From Octopus bimaculoides (taxonomy: Eukaryota): a stretch of 39,038 nt of DNA. Under the pieces are notes generated by a model that did not search any database, was not told where the DNA came from, and saw nothing but the letters and a program-made list of their open reading frames with translations. This document shows, in pieces, positions 1 through 10,989 of this stretch (position 1 is the first letter of the stretch; the number at the start of each line of letters is the position of its first letter). A program made the translations under genes and the position numbers. The DNA lies in contig NC_068998.1 of NCBI RefSeq assembly GCF_001194135.2, forward strand, positions 41,641,970-41,681,007, given 5' to 3'.

Positions 1-17
1 AGATAGATAGATATATA

Positions 18-67
18 TATATTTATGTGGAGAATGGAGGAGTTGCTCCATTCTCCACATAAATATA
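18..67. repeat. Perfect 22-bp inverted repeat (hairpin) with 6-nt loop
   Basis: Arm 18-39 (tatatttatgtggagaatggag) is the exact reverse complement of 46-67; loop gagttg. Confidence 0.9.
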
Positions 68-484
68 ATTATAAACTACGGTTTAAGCAATAAATTACCT
101 GCCTCTGGATGCCCTCTACCCAAGACGGTACCGTTACAGGTGATCCCCAGGAGTGCCTCCGGATTTAAACATCCCCTGGTTGCTTGGATGCTTCAGACTA
201 CCCCTGAAGGATCGAGGCAAGCCTATCACTTATATATATATATATATATGTATGTATATATATATGTATGTATGTTTGTATGTATGCATGTATGTAATCT
301 AGCTTGTTAAGAAAATCTCCAAATGAGACGAGTGTAGTCCACCTTTGAATGGGTGTTATAAAAATAGACGGCACTGCTATTTTAACCCCAGGAGAACGCC
401 TCCACCAACCGGTTATTCAGTGTGCTCCGCACTTGATATATATTGCAAGCTTGGATAGAACTCCCTACTGTCCCAGCTTCGGGA

Positions 485-533
485 CCACCAGACCGCGCCG
501 TTTCGACCTTCTTTTGGTCATCCTCTGTGATAG
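485..533 (-). ncRNA. Type I hammerhead ribozyme-like motif, variant core (CAGAGGA plus U insertion)
   Basis: Minus strand: ctatca CAGAGGA T GACC aaaagaa GGTC GAAA C ggcgcg GTC tggtgg. Stem I is 6 bp with two G-U pairs, stem II 4 bp, GAAA intact, GUC triplet. U4 is replaced by A. Confidence 0.5.
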
Positions 534-540
534 ATAAATC

Positions 541-630
<90 letters not shown>
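541..630. repeat. (CA)n microsatellite
   Basis: Direct read. Confidence 0.95.
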
Positions 631-638
<8 letters not shown>

Positions 639-774
639 AGGTAATATATGTATATATATTTGCATACACACGCAACGCTCGTGTGCGCACACACACATGT
701 GTGCATGTATACATACACATACATACATAAAAATGATTATTATTATTATCATTGTTGTCATCGGTTCTAGAGTT

Positions 775-873
775 CAACTGATACTTATTTTACCGACCCG
801 AAAGGATGGCAGACAAACTTGATCTGGGAGTGTTTTAAACTCAGAACGTTCAAATTCCTCCGAGGTCGACTTT
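775..873. mobile_element. SINE family B fragments in opposite orientations (minus 775-849 joined to plus 849-873)
   Basis: gatacttattttaccgacccgaaaggatg...actcagaacgt matches the minus-strand family B copies; ttcaaattcctccgaggtcgacttt matches the plus strand. Confidence 0.6.
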
Positions 874-876
874 ACC

Positions 877-877
<1 letters not shown>

Positions 878-948
<71 letters not shown>

Positions 949-949
949 C

Positions 950-990
<41 letters not shown>
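878..990. repeat. (AAT)n microsatellite
   Basis: Direct read. Confidence 0.95.
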
Positions 991-991
<1 letters not shown>

Positions 992-1039
992 TTCAATGTT
1001 TTGGCAACAGGCCAGCAAGTTTTAAAGGAAAAGGTTTCG

Positions 1040-1205
1040 TCGATTGCATGGACACTAGTACTTGGCTAGCACATTATTTAATCGGCCCCGAAGTGATCAA
1101 AAGTATTGTATAGCTTAGCAAGAATTGAACTCGAAACGTATAGTGCAAGGACGATTGTTGCAAACTTTTTGTCAAACGCGCTGACAGTTCTACTGGCTCA
1201 CTACC
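1040..1205 (-). mobile_element. Decayed SINE family B copy
   Basis: Diverged match to 22631-22859 (atcggccccgaagtgat, gaattgaactcgaaacgta, cgcgctgacagttctactggctcac). Confidence 0.55.
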
Positions 1206-2324
1206 TTCGCTCTTTTAGTAAGTGATAAATGATAAAAGATAATAATAAAAGGAAGTGAAATAGAATCAGCCTATGTGTTTCTTGTTAGTGAAATAATAGT
1301 CCAGAAGAATAACGACGTATTTCTGTTGTAAATGAAATACCATGAAAAAACCAAAGAAGCATGAAATACCAAACAACACCGCATCTAAATGTAAACACAA
1401 TTTGCCTAACACAAATATTAGTGTACAAAATAAAAACGGAAGTGAAGCAAAGAAGTGGGGGTCACATTTTTAACGAAAAAAGCACTTCATTTAAAACTGT
1501 CGTGAAAGTTAATATTTACAAACCCCTATAACGAACCCTACAGCGTCTTATCGTCTGCTTTTACATTATATGTCGTCGTTATAAGGACACCATATAATGA
1601 TATAAACATTGGTACATTTGGTTATGTTGCTAAGTATCTAATGCATAATCTACAATAGTTAAGGCGTCGGGGACAGGCATATGCAATGATAATCTAAGAA
1701 GTATTATTGAAATAAATATCAGTAAGAGAAAAGGTAACTATACAAGAATTTCTTAAGATGAACGTATCGATATTTTCTGTTCTTAACAACATTCCAGCGG
1801 TGGAGCTTCGCTACTTTGCTAGAAGCAGCTCGTCCATTTATGGACATAATTCAAAGAATCCTAAGCAGGAAAGGGAGATAGAATTAGAAATAGAGAGAGT
1901 GTGAACTAGAAAGAGAGAGAGAGAGAGGGTGGCTGGGGAGAGAGACAGTTGTACATAAGACTCAAATATGCTCACACACGATCTTATATACATAAAGTGT
2001 TGTGTGAGTAGAAGTGAGTACATATAGAACATACCTGCCTATATCTACATTATACATATATGAATGAGTACACTAACATATGTTTGTGTTTGTATGTGTA
2101 TATGTATGTGTGTGTGCGCGCGCGTGCGTGTGTGTGTAGGACGTCTAATCATAGATATTGTATATCGTCAGACACAAACCGACATCAATACATGCATACA
2201 CGTGCTAAAAAGTGAAGAATTAAATCATTAAGCAGGTATCACCCTTCAGCTTCTTCGGAACTTTGATCCCAGAAGACGTAAGACGTGTGAAGGAGATAAA
2301 AAAAAAACGTATAGAGAAGCCGTA

Positions 2325-2800
2325 CTCTGCATCAAGACCAACATCCGTATATTGAACTGCTATGTCTACCCTGTGTAAATGTATGGAAGTGAGGTACTGT
2401 GTATAAGATAAGAAATCACAAGGTGGTTGTAGAGCGGTGAAATGTATTTCTTAAAGAGAATTATTGAGGGTAGCATGAACAGACAAAGGGCAAAAAAAAA
2501 AGTGATGACTAGGGTTGATGTAAATAGGAAACTGCTTCGTGAGACAAGGGCCAAACAACTGAGATTTCTTGGTCGTGTGACAAAGAAAGAGGGCCCGGAG
2601 AATGTAGCGATAACCGGAAAGATTGATGGTGGAAAAAAAAAAGCAGACGAAGAAGAAGTATGATATTGATGTCACGCTTGACGAACTGGTTGTAAGAAAG
2701 AGACATTAACCATCAGGAAATGGAACTGTTACACAGAATAAAGAACAAAGATTTGTGGCAGGATATGATCAGTTGTGTCCTACATTCCAGCCACGAAACC
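2325..2800 (+). mobile_element. Decayed RTE-clade LINE, 3' end of ORF2
   Basis: Translates to IKTNIRILNCYVYPV*MYGSE...EMYFLKRI...VNRKLLRETRAKQLRFLGRVTKKEGPENVAITGKIDG, matching the RTE-type post-RT motifs (LLYGSETW, EMxFLRR, QLRFLGHVMR). Contains stops. Confidence 0.8.
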
Positions 2801-2965
2801 TAAACAATAAAGAATAGACTCACCAATCAAAGCTTACAGATTCAATTGCACAATGAATTACAGACGTGTGCATATTCGTATATATATACACATAACACAT
2901 ACATGCACATATACATACAGAGAGTGTGTGCGTATGTCTATATACATACATACATACATACATAC

Positions 2966-3125
2966 ATGATGATGATGGCCGTCCACTCGTGACCGAGGAA
3001 GACCATTGCCGACCTTCAGGAACATTGTGCGCTCTAGGACTAACTTATATTTTGCATTTGCGGCTCCGTTGGTGGCTAATGAGCCCTGCTCTTGACAAGC
3101 ATACACGACTGCAAACATTGCAGAT
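2966..3125 (-). mobile_element. RTE-type LINE extreme 3' end with C2H2-like finger and (CAT)n tail
   Basis: Minus 3125-3045 reads ICNVCSRVCLSRAGLISHQRSRKCKI*, followed by a short UTR ending in catcatcatcat. Confidence 0.7.
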
Positions 3126-3209
3126 TAAGCTTTCCCCATTCACTATATATATACATATACGCATACACATATGTATACTTATAAATAATAATAAAGGCAT
3201 GCATATCTA

Positions 3210-3570
3210 ATTTTTATTCCTGTCTCCACATGGGTACCCAGAAGCAACCCGGAAGTATTCCCGCTTCTTTGATGAAGATATATACAGATAAACTTCATTC
3301 CCTTTACTCTGTCGGATACGTAGTGTGTTCGTTTTTGGTGAGGTGAGAATTCTGTTTATTTATGTATATTTTTGGGACAATACTGTGCTGATGAACGAAA
3401 TCTAGATTCATTCTAGTAATCGCGAAATCGGCCGATACACAGTTAAGTTTATTTAAAAGAAAGTTGGTCGTCTTCTGTTGGTTGTTTTTTCCTCGCATTA
3501 GGTACTAAATGTGGTTATTTTGGGAAGTCCACTGTGTGGCGTTATTATTTTCTGTAATAATGCCCTTTAT
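3210..3570 (+). mobile_element. Short non-coding element carrying the hammerhead, probably a Penelope-like terminal-repeat derivative
   Basis: Complex sequence between (TA/CA) tracts, no ORF, ends in (TA)n. Boundaries approximate. Confidence 0.4.
3382..3443 (+). ncRNA. Type I hammerhead ribozyme with canonical core (Penelope-like-element type)
   Basis: actgtg CTGATGA acga aat ctaga ttcat tctag taa tcgc GAAA tcggccga TA cacagt. Perfect 6-bp stem I; stem II cga/tcg plus ctaga/tctag; palindromic stem III; AUA triplet with predicted cut after 3437. The 10.1-11.1 pair is an A-C mismatch. Confidence 0.8.
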
Positions 3571-3616
3571 ATATGTATATATATTTATGATATTCCTGTA
3601 TAAATATATGTGTGTA

Positions 3617-3657
<41 letters not shown>

Positions 3658-4110
3658 AAGTAACTAAGAAGTTAGTAACTAAGAATGTATTAGATTATCA
3701 GAGAAATTCCGTTGTTTTTTTTCTAGTTGGCACTCAATCGCCTTACGTCTAAACAGAGGAGGAATTTATTCAAATTACAAAAACGATAAACAAAATTTGT
3801 AAAGGAAGAAAAGTGCTACAATGGTGCTCCATAAAGCACGACTATAAAATTATTTAGCTTTTGTGTAGTTCAAATGAATGGGAACAAACGAACAAATACA
3901 CCTGACAATCCAATATATTCGGGTAGAATGAACAATATTATTTGAATGGGAACTAACAAGCTTCATACGAAATATAGCTGAAAAATAAAACGCGATAAAT
4001 ACACAAGGAAAATCGACATTGGTGCCATAAGTATGTATTGAATAATGCCAGAAGGAAAAAATGGCAAAATGCAAATATGGGATCTTATCTGAGAGTAATC
4101 CAGAGAGAGA

Positions 4111-4150
<40 letters not shown>

Positions 4151-4363
4151 NNNNNNNNNNGGGGGGGGGTGAGGGCGTAGTTGGGAGAGTTTTGGACGTG
4201 GAATAGATATTAAAGTTGGCACTTCAATCTGTCAGTCTGAGAGAAGGTTTCTGAAGAAATCTTGAAAGAAATCTCTGATTGAGAAGCATTCTTCTAAATG
4301 ATAGAGAATATGGCTTGCAGAAATTAAAGGAGAGAAAAAGAAACAACTAAATATGGTCTTCAT

Positions 4364-4477
4364 ACTTACGGATCGTTGTAACAATAATAGTAACAATAAT
4401 AACAACAATAATAATGGCAACAACAACAACAACAACAATAATTTCGAAACTTAACGCAAGGTCAAAAATTTGTAACG

Positions 4478-4530
<53 letters not shown>

Positions 4531-4678
4531 CATTATTGTTATTATTAATAACAGTGATGATGATGATAATAAGAATAAGATTAATATTAATAATAATAAT
4601 AAAAGAAAACAACGACAACAAAATAAATAATAATAATAATAATAATAATAAAAACAACAATACTAATAATAATAATGA
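4364..4678. repeat. Compound (AAC/AAT/ATT)n trinucleotide tract
   Basis: Direct read. Confidence 0.85.
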
Positions 4679-4846
4679 GAGGGATATGGAGGAAGAGGCG
4701 TAAGGTAGTGCAGTTAAATCGATATCAGAAGTATGTTGTTGTTAGCAGAAACAGAGCCAAATAATATAAGGAAGTGAAACCGAAATCTGAGAGGATGAAA
4801 AACACTCAGGGCCTGATGGTATGTCAGATAATATTGTATATCTAGA

Positions 4847-4880
<34 letters not shown>

Positions 4881-5646
4881 ACTCTCTCTCTCTCTCTTTC
4901 TCTCTTTTGATTGGACATATTGCTGCAGGAGTATTGCAAGTACAGAAGTAGAGAGTATAAAAGTATTGACATGCATTGGCTCGGCGCGTAAGCGTGTGTA
5001 TGTGTGTGTGTGTGTGTGTGCGTGTGTATGTGCGTGTGTATATGTATATCTTCAAGTCAATATAAAATGTATGAATGTATGTATATATCTATACATGCAT
5101 ACATATATATATATATATATANNNNNNNNNNNNNNNNNNNNNNNNNNNNNNNNNNNNNNNNNNNNNNNNNNNNNNNNNNNNNNNNNNNNNNNNNNNNNNN
5201 NNNNNNNNNNNNNNNNNNNNNNNNNNNNNNNNNNNNNNNNNNNNNNNNNNNNNNNNNNNNNNNNNNNNNNNNNNNNNNNNNNNNNNNNNNNNNNNNNNNN
5301 NNNNNNNNNNNNNNNNNNNNNNNNNNNNNNNNNNNNNNNNNNNNNNNNNNNNNNNNNNNNNNNNNNNNNNNNNNNNNNNNNNNNNNNNNNNNNNNNNNNN
5401 NNNNNNNNNNNNNNNNNNNNNNNNNNNNNNNNNNNNNNNNNNNNNNNNNNNNNNNNNNNNNNNNNNNNNNNNNNNNNNNNNNNNNNNNNNNNNNNNNNNN
5501 NNNNNNNNNNNNNNNNNNNNNNNNNNNNNNNNNNNNNNNNNNNNNNNNNNNNNNNNNNNNNNNNNNNNNNNNNNNNNNNNNNNNNNNNNNNNNNNNNNNN
5601 NNNNNNNNNNNNNNNNNNNNNNNNNNNNNNNNNNNNNNNNNNNNNN

Positions 5647-5694
<48 letters not shown>

Positions 5695-5823
5695 GTACAT
5701 ATATATAGATAGATAGATAGATAGATAGATATGATATGTAAGTATACGGACGTAAAAATTTGTGAGCTACTCTTTTGTATATATGTATAGGTATATCTTA
5801 CCAAGGAAAAATGTCCGTAACTG

Positions 5824-5869
<46 letters not shown>

Positions 5870-5966
5870 GGCGCAGGCGTGGCTGTGTGGTAAGTAGCTT
5901 GCTAACCAACAACATGATTCCGGGTTCAGTCCCACTGCGTTGCACTTTGGGCAAGTCTCTTCTACT
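5870..5966 (+). mobile_element. SINE family A, tRNA-derived head only
   Basis: A-box-like tggctgtgtgg, B-box-like ggttcagtccc, then actttgggcaagt (CORE-like motif). Same head recurs at 9001, 19436, 25125 and 29962. Confidence 0.85.
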
Positions 5967-8900
5967 CTTAATAAACATCGTCTATATGAATGCATCAATG
6001 TAGAAGTTATTTTGTTATTGTATCATTTGAACAAGGATATACTCAGTCACCGTCAAGCAGACTCACATCTACTGTCCCAGCATCTCCAAGTATACCTCTA
6101 AATGACATCACACAACCCAACTTTCTATCTTCAAGCCAATGTCTTCTAACTAACAATAATCTAAGTTAATACATGAGCCATTGACAACGGGGTACTATAG
6201 CTCATACACATATCTTTCACTTTCGTCATATTAATATCCTCCATTTTTATTTTAATCTACATATATTAGAAACCTTTAATTATATATTTTAACTTTCAAT
6301 CTCAGCAAATTATTAACGCTAGCATTTCTAATTGTTCCTCTCCGGCCTAAATATTTTTAATTTCTTCCATCAATAACATACTTGATATATGTTATCGAAT
6401 TCCACTGGGCTATCTCTTTCTGTTATGTCATTAGCTAAGCTAATAAAGTATATTTACTTTACATTAATATAAACGGGAAAGAAACAGCTAATAATTACCT
6501 CCCTTATACTGTACAATAACTTCTTCAATTCAATTATTTCAGTAAGGCTGCGGGGGTCTAATGGCATTAATTCGCTTCCATCATTTTCGAGGCAGCTAAT
6601 TCTACATTCTTAAATACTAGTGCTTCCAACATTAAACTGACTTAGTAGGTTCCGTGAAGAAATGTATTAGTTTATTTTCGTTAGTTACCAAACCTAGGTA
6701 ACAAAATCACGATTAAGTACACATGTATACATGTTTATATACATACACGCATATATACACACAGACACAGCAATGTAGTAAACTCACGAATAGGGCAAAT
6801 CGTAGATTTGATACAAGAATAACGATATATATNNNNNNNNNNNNNNNNNNNNNNNNNNNNNNNNNNNNNNNNNNNNNNNNNNNNNNNNNNNNNNNNNNNN
6901 NNNNNNNNNNNNNNNNNNNNNNNNNNNNNNNNNNNNNNNNNNNNNNNNNNNNNNNNNNNNNNNNNNNNNNNNNNNNNNNNNNNNNNNNNNNNNNNNNNNN
7001 NNNNNNNNNNNNNNNNNNNNNNNNNNNNNNNNNNNNNNNNNNNNNNNNNNNNNNNNNNNNNNNNNNNNNNNNNNNNNNNNNNNNNNNNNNNNNNNNNNNN
7101 NNNNNNNNNNNNNNNNNNNNNNNNNNNNNNNNNNNNNNNNNNNNNNNNNNNNNNNNNNNNNNNNNNNNNNNNNNNNNNNNNNNNNNNNNNNNNNNNNNNN
7201 NNNNNNNNNNNNNNNNNNNNNNNNNNNNNNNNNNNNNNNNNNNNNNNNNNNNNNNNNNNNNNNNNNNNNNNNNNNNNNNNNNNNNNNNNNNNNNNNNNNN
7301 NNNNNNNNNNNNNNNNNNNNNNNNNNNNNNNNNNNNNNNNNNNNNNNNNNNNNNNNNNNNNNNNNNNNNNNNNNNNNNNNNNNNNNNNNNNNNNNNNNNN
7401 NNNNNNNNNNNNNNNNNNNNNNNNNNNNNNNNNNNNNNNNNNNNNNNNNNNNNNNNNNNNNNNNNNNNNNNNNNNNNNNNNNNNNNNNNNNNNNNNNNNN
7501 NNNNNNNNNNNNNNNNNNNNNNNNNNNNNNNNNNNNTATATATATATGTATGTATATATAACCGCTTAACACATAAACTCAGGAGGGGGTAATTCAGTCG
7601 ATCAAATAACCGAATCCTCGTCTAACGTCACTATGTGTATTAAAATAGGACGTGGAAATTGAACCACTTTTAGAAGTTTTTAATAAGAAAATCCTTATTA
7701 TAATTTTCAAATTCGTCTTCGAGAACTATCGTAAGTTAGGAGGGGTTGATTGTTCTTCACATCTCCATTTTACCTATATCAGATCACTCATTTAACGCAA
7801 TATTAGAAACATCGATGACATGTCTACAACGCACCATGCGGCCTATTTAGCAACTCCTGTTTGGTTAGCTTTTACAACTTAATACTATCACTTTAACTCT
7901 CCCATTTCAACCCGTGGTTTCGTAAGCCTTATTATAATTACAAATACTCCTGTAATTATCGCCCCCTACCCCCACTATTTTTCTTGTGCATGAAACCTGC
8001 ATTCGTAATGTAGATAATTATTTAAATTCTCTTCTAACTTCTGTATTTCTCCATCAGATTCCCAAGCCTCTAATCGTTCCACCTTTTGAGATGTCTACCA
8101 CATACACATATAATTATAATTTGTAACCACTTATTCCAGTTTATTCTAGTTTACTATGAAGCCTGATTAGTAATTTTGAGCTTTCCTACCATAAACTAAT
8201 TATTAACTTCCATACTTACGAATATTTTCTCCACATTCCGACAAGAGAATCCTACGTTTTTTTTTCCTTCAGTTTCTATTTTAATTTTCTCTTCCTCGGA
8301 TAAAAGAAACCCCCCAGCATAATGTAACCAGTACAATTTAACTTGTTCTACTCCGTACTATTTCATCTTAGATATTTGAGACAATAGTTAAACATTTTAA
8401 GTAAATAAATTTTCATTATTACCAGCTGAAGCTCTAGGACTATCCTGTATATCATACATAACGAAGATATACTGTTGAAAGTCTGAAAAACTCGGTTGTT
8501 GTTATGGTACATTGTTTATTACTTATAAAGGATGGAATTTGCTATACACTCAAACTCAATTTTTCCATTCAAGAGAACAGTCACTTATTAAGTAAAACAA
8601 TTATATTATTATCAGGTATTAACTAATTAATAAAAATAATTATTGGCGTTACATTTATAATGTTTTAAGCAATTTTGTTACTCGTAGTCAACTCGAAAAC
8701 ATAGCGAAATCTGTACGTCATATCTAATATGCTCAAGCACACCCGAACGTAGGAAGACTTTCCGCAATGGAGATAGTCCCAGACTAGGTGTTGGGCTGTG
8801 AATAACGTCATTAGATCGCCTGACGCATCTTTTTGAGTTCGTTCGCGTCGTCAGCTACGGACACCAAGTCAATAAAAAGTAATTGATTCTTAAAGTAGAA

Positions 8901-9000
8901 CACCATACAGTATATTTGTGCGTTAAATATGATTTAACACGAATATATATTTTATTCAATGCGGCTTTGTACAATTATGTTTTTACTGATATATATACAT

Positions 9001-9160
9001 AGGCGCTGGTGTTACTGTGTGTTACGAAGCTTGCTTCCCTACCACATGGTTCCAGGTTGAGTCCCATTGCATGGCACTTAGTGAAGATGTCTTCTACTAT
9101 AGCCTCGGGCCGACTAGAAGCTTGTAAGTGGATTTGATAGATAAACTGAAAGAAGCCCGT

Positions 9161-9214
<54 letters not shown>

Positions 9215-9432
9215 TCTACGTGTGTGTCTTTGTGTCTGTGTTTGTCTCCGCCATCACCGCTTGACAACAGGGGTGGGAGTGTTTCTGTCCTCGTAACTTA
9301 GCGGCTCGGCAAAAGAGACCGGTAAAATAAGTCCTAGGCTTTGGAAAAATAAGTCCTATAATCCGTTTCTTCGATTAGATCCCTTCGAGACGACGCTCCT
9401 GCGTGACCGCACTGAAATGAGTAGCTGACGAC
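9001..9432 (+). mobile_element. Near full-length SINE family A (head, internal (CA)n, tail)
   Basis: Head 9001-9163, (CA)n 9164-9210, tail with gtaacttagcggctcggcaaaagagaccg that is shared with 25125-25415 and 31640-31825. Confidence 0.85.
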
Positions 9433-9619
9433 NNNNNNNNNNNNNNNNNNNNNNNNNNNNNNNNNNNNNNNNNNNNNNNNNNNNNNNNNNNNNNNNNNNN
9501 NNNNNNNNNNNNNNNNNNNNNNNNNNNNNNNNNNNNNNNNNNNNNNNNNNNNNNNNNNNNNNNNNNNNNNNNNNNNNNNNNNNNNNNNNNNNNNATATAT
9601 ATATATGTATGTATATGTA

Positions 9620-9650
<31 letters not shown>

Positions 9651-9714
9651 ACATACACAGTCGTGTACACAGATATATATCATGTACAGCTATGTTTCCT
9701 TTACAGTTCAAGGT

Positions 9715-9856
9715 GTCGTTAACATCGATTGGAAGTGTGGCCAGCATTTGATACATGACCGTTATGACCTCTTACATTCAGAAGGTAATTCTTTTGGGAT
9801 CCAAGAACAGGAGAAAACTAGAAATCTAGATGATGATGATCATGTGGATAATGACG

Positions 9857-9926
<70 letters not shown>

Positions 9927-10520
9927 CAATAAGGAATTGTTGTCCACTCTTTAATCTCTCGAGATGTCGATAAGGTCAATTTTCTGTGGAGATATTGACC
10001 CTTTAATCAGTATCTGCCAAAACATGTCATTAATAATAATGCATTTCAATACGTTATGTTTCTGCTACGGAAATATACACTCGCACCCAGAAATAAATAT
10101 ATTGGGTAAAAGATTTATGTACATAAATACATACATACGTTTTAACACGTGGCATTATTATTGGTAGAGCAGTGACATCAAAACTTCAATCAAATGCAGA
10201 AATAACACGTGTGGCGCGGTTATTAATAATGCATGTGTCTATAAATGCAAGATGCTTTGCCGACAAGAGCATTTCTTTCCAAATCTGAGAGAAAGCAAAG
10301 ATTTAGGGACAGTTGCTTAACAATATAAACCTTCTCTCTCTAGATTATAAGTTTACGTTTCTGTCTACAATTATTGGTTCACTTCAATATGTTAGCAAAT
10401 GTCTGAATACCATCAAGAAGAGGTAAACACTTTTCAGGCATATACAGTGATGATCTAACACACAGTTTGATAATACAATCTATAAATTAGAGAGTAAAAA
10501 TGTCTGTAAACTTTATAAAG
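9715..10520 (+). mobile_element. Decayed R4/Dong-type (RLE) LINE 3' region, copy 1, split by a (GAT)(AAT)n tract
   Basis: Frame fragments NIDWK..DRY..HSEGNSFGIQEQE, RCR*GQFSVE/DIDPLISICQNMS, YW..DIKTSIKCRNN and GQLLNNINLLSLDYKFTFLSTIIGSLQYVSKCL follow the order of the R4/Dong CCHC-RLE region. Many stops and frameshifts. Confidence 0.7.
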
Positions 10521-10744
10521 AACAGGCTTTAACTTTCCAACTCTTAATAGCTGCCATTGGTATCCAGATCTGAGAAATGGCGTTTTGTTTATTAAAAACG
10601 AGTTGTCGCCTTACCGAAAGAATGCAGGTTACTAAATATGAGAAATACATAAACACATATCAACGCACAGATATCTGCATTCATTAGCACCTGCCTACAC
10701 ACACACATACACATGCATGTGAGTTGATTTGATCTTTCCAGTAC

Positions 10745-10860
10745 ACAACTGGTACTTAATTTATCGACCCCAAAAGTACGAAAGGTAAAGTCAACCTCGG
10801 CAGAATTTGAACTCAGAATATAAAGACAGACGGTCATAGTATGCAAACATTTCTCATAGC
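10745..10860 (-). mobile_element. SINE family B fragment
   Basis: actggtacttaatttatcgacccc...gaatttgaactcagaa matches 22631-22859. Confidence 0.85.
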
Positions 10861-10989
10861 ACCAGTACACTGTTTATAGATGCTTACATTTTTTATGTTT
10901 TCCGTGAATTTTTCACGGGTCCAGTTAGTATTCATAATTTTTGCGAACCTTTCGTCATTCATTTTGAGGAATTTGGAATGTTATCTCAT

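Noticed and set aside
4760-4830. RMKN/SGPDG fragment resembling the pre-RT KSPGPDG motif
   Set aside because: Too short and frameshifted to support.
5870-5966. tRNA-like A/B boxes as a tRNA gene
   Set aside because: No cloverleaf or acceptor stem; it is the head of a multicopy SINE.
8820-8860. Minus-strand CTGACGA
   Set aside because: GAAA and stem I are missing.
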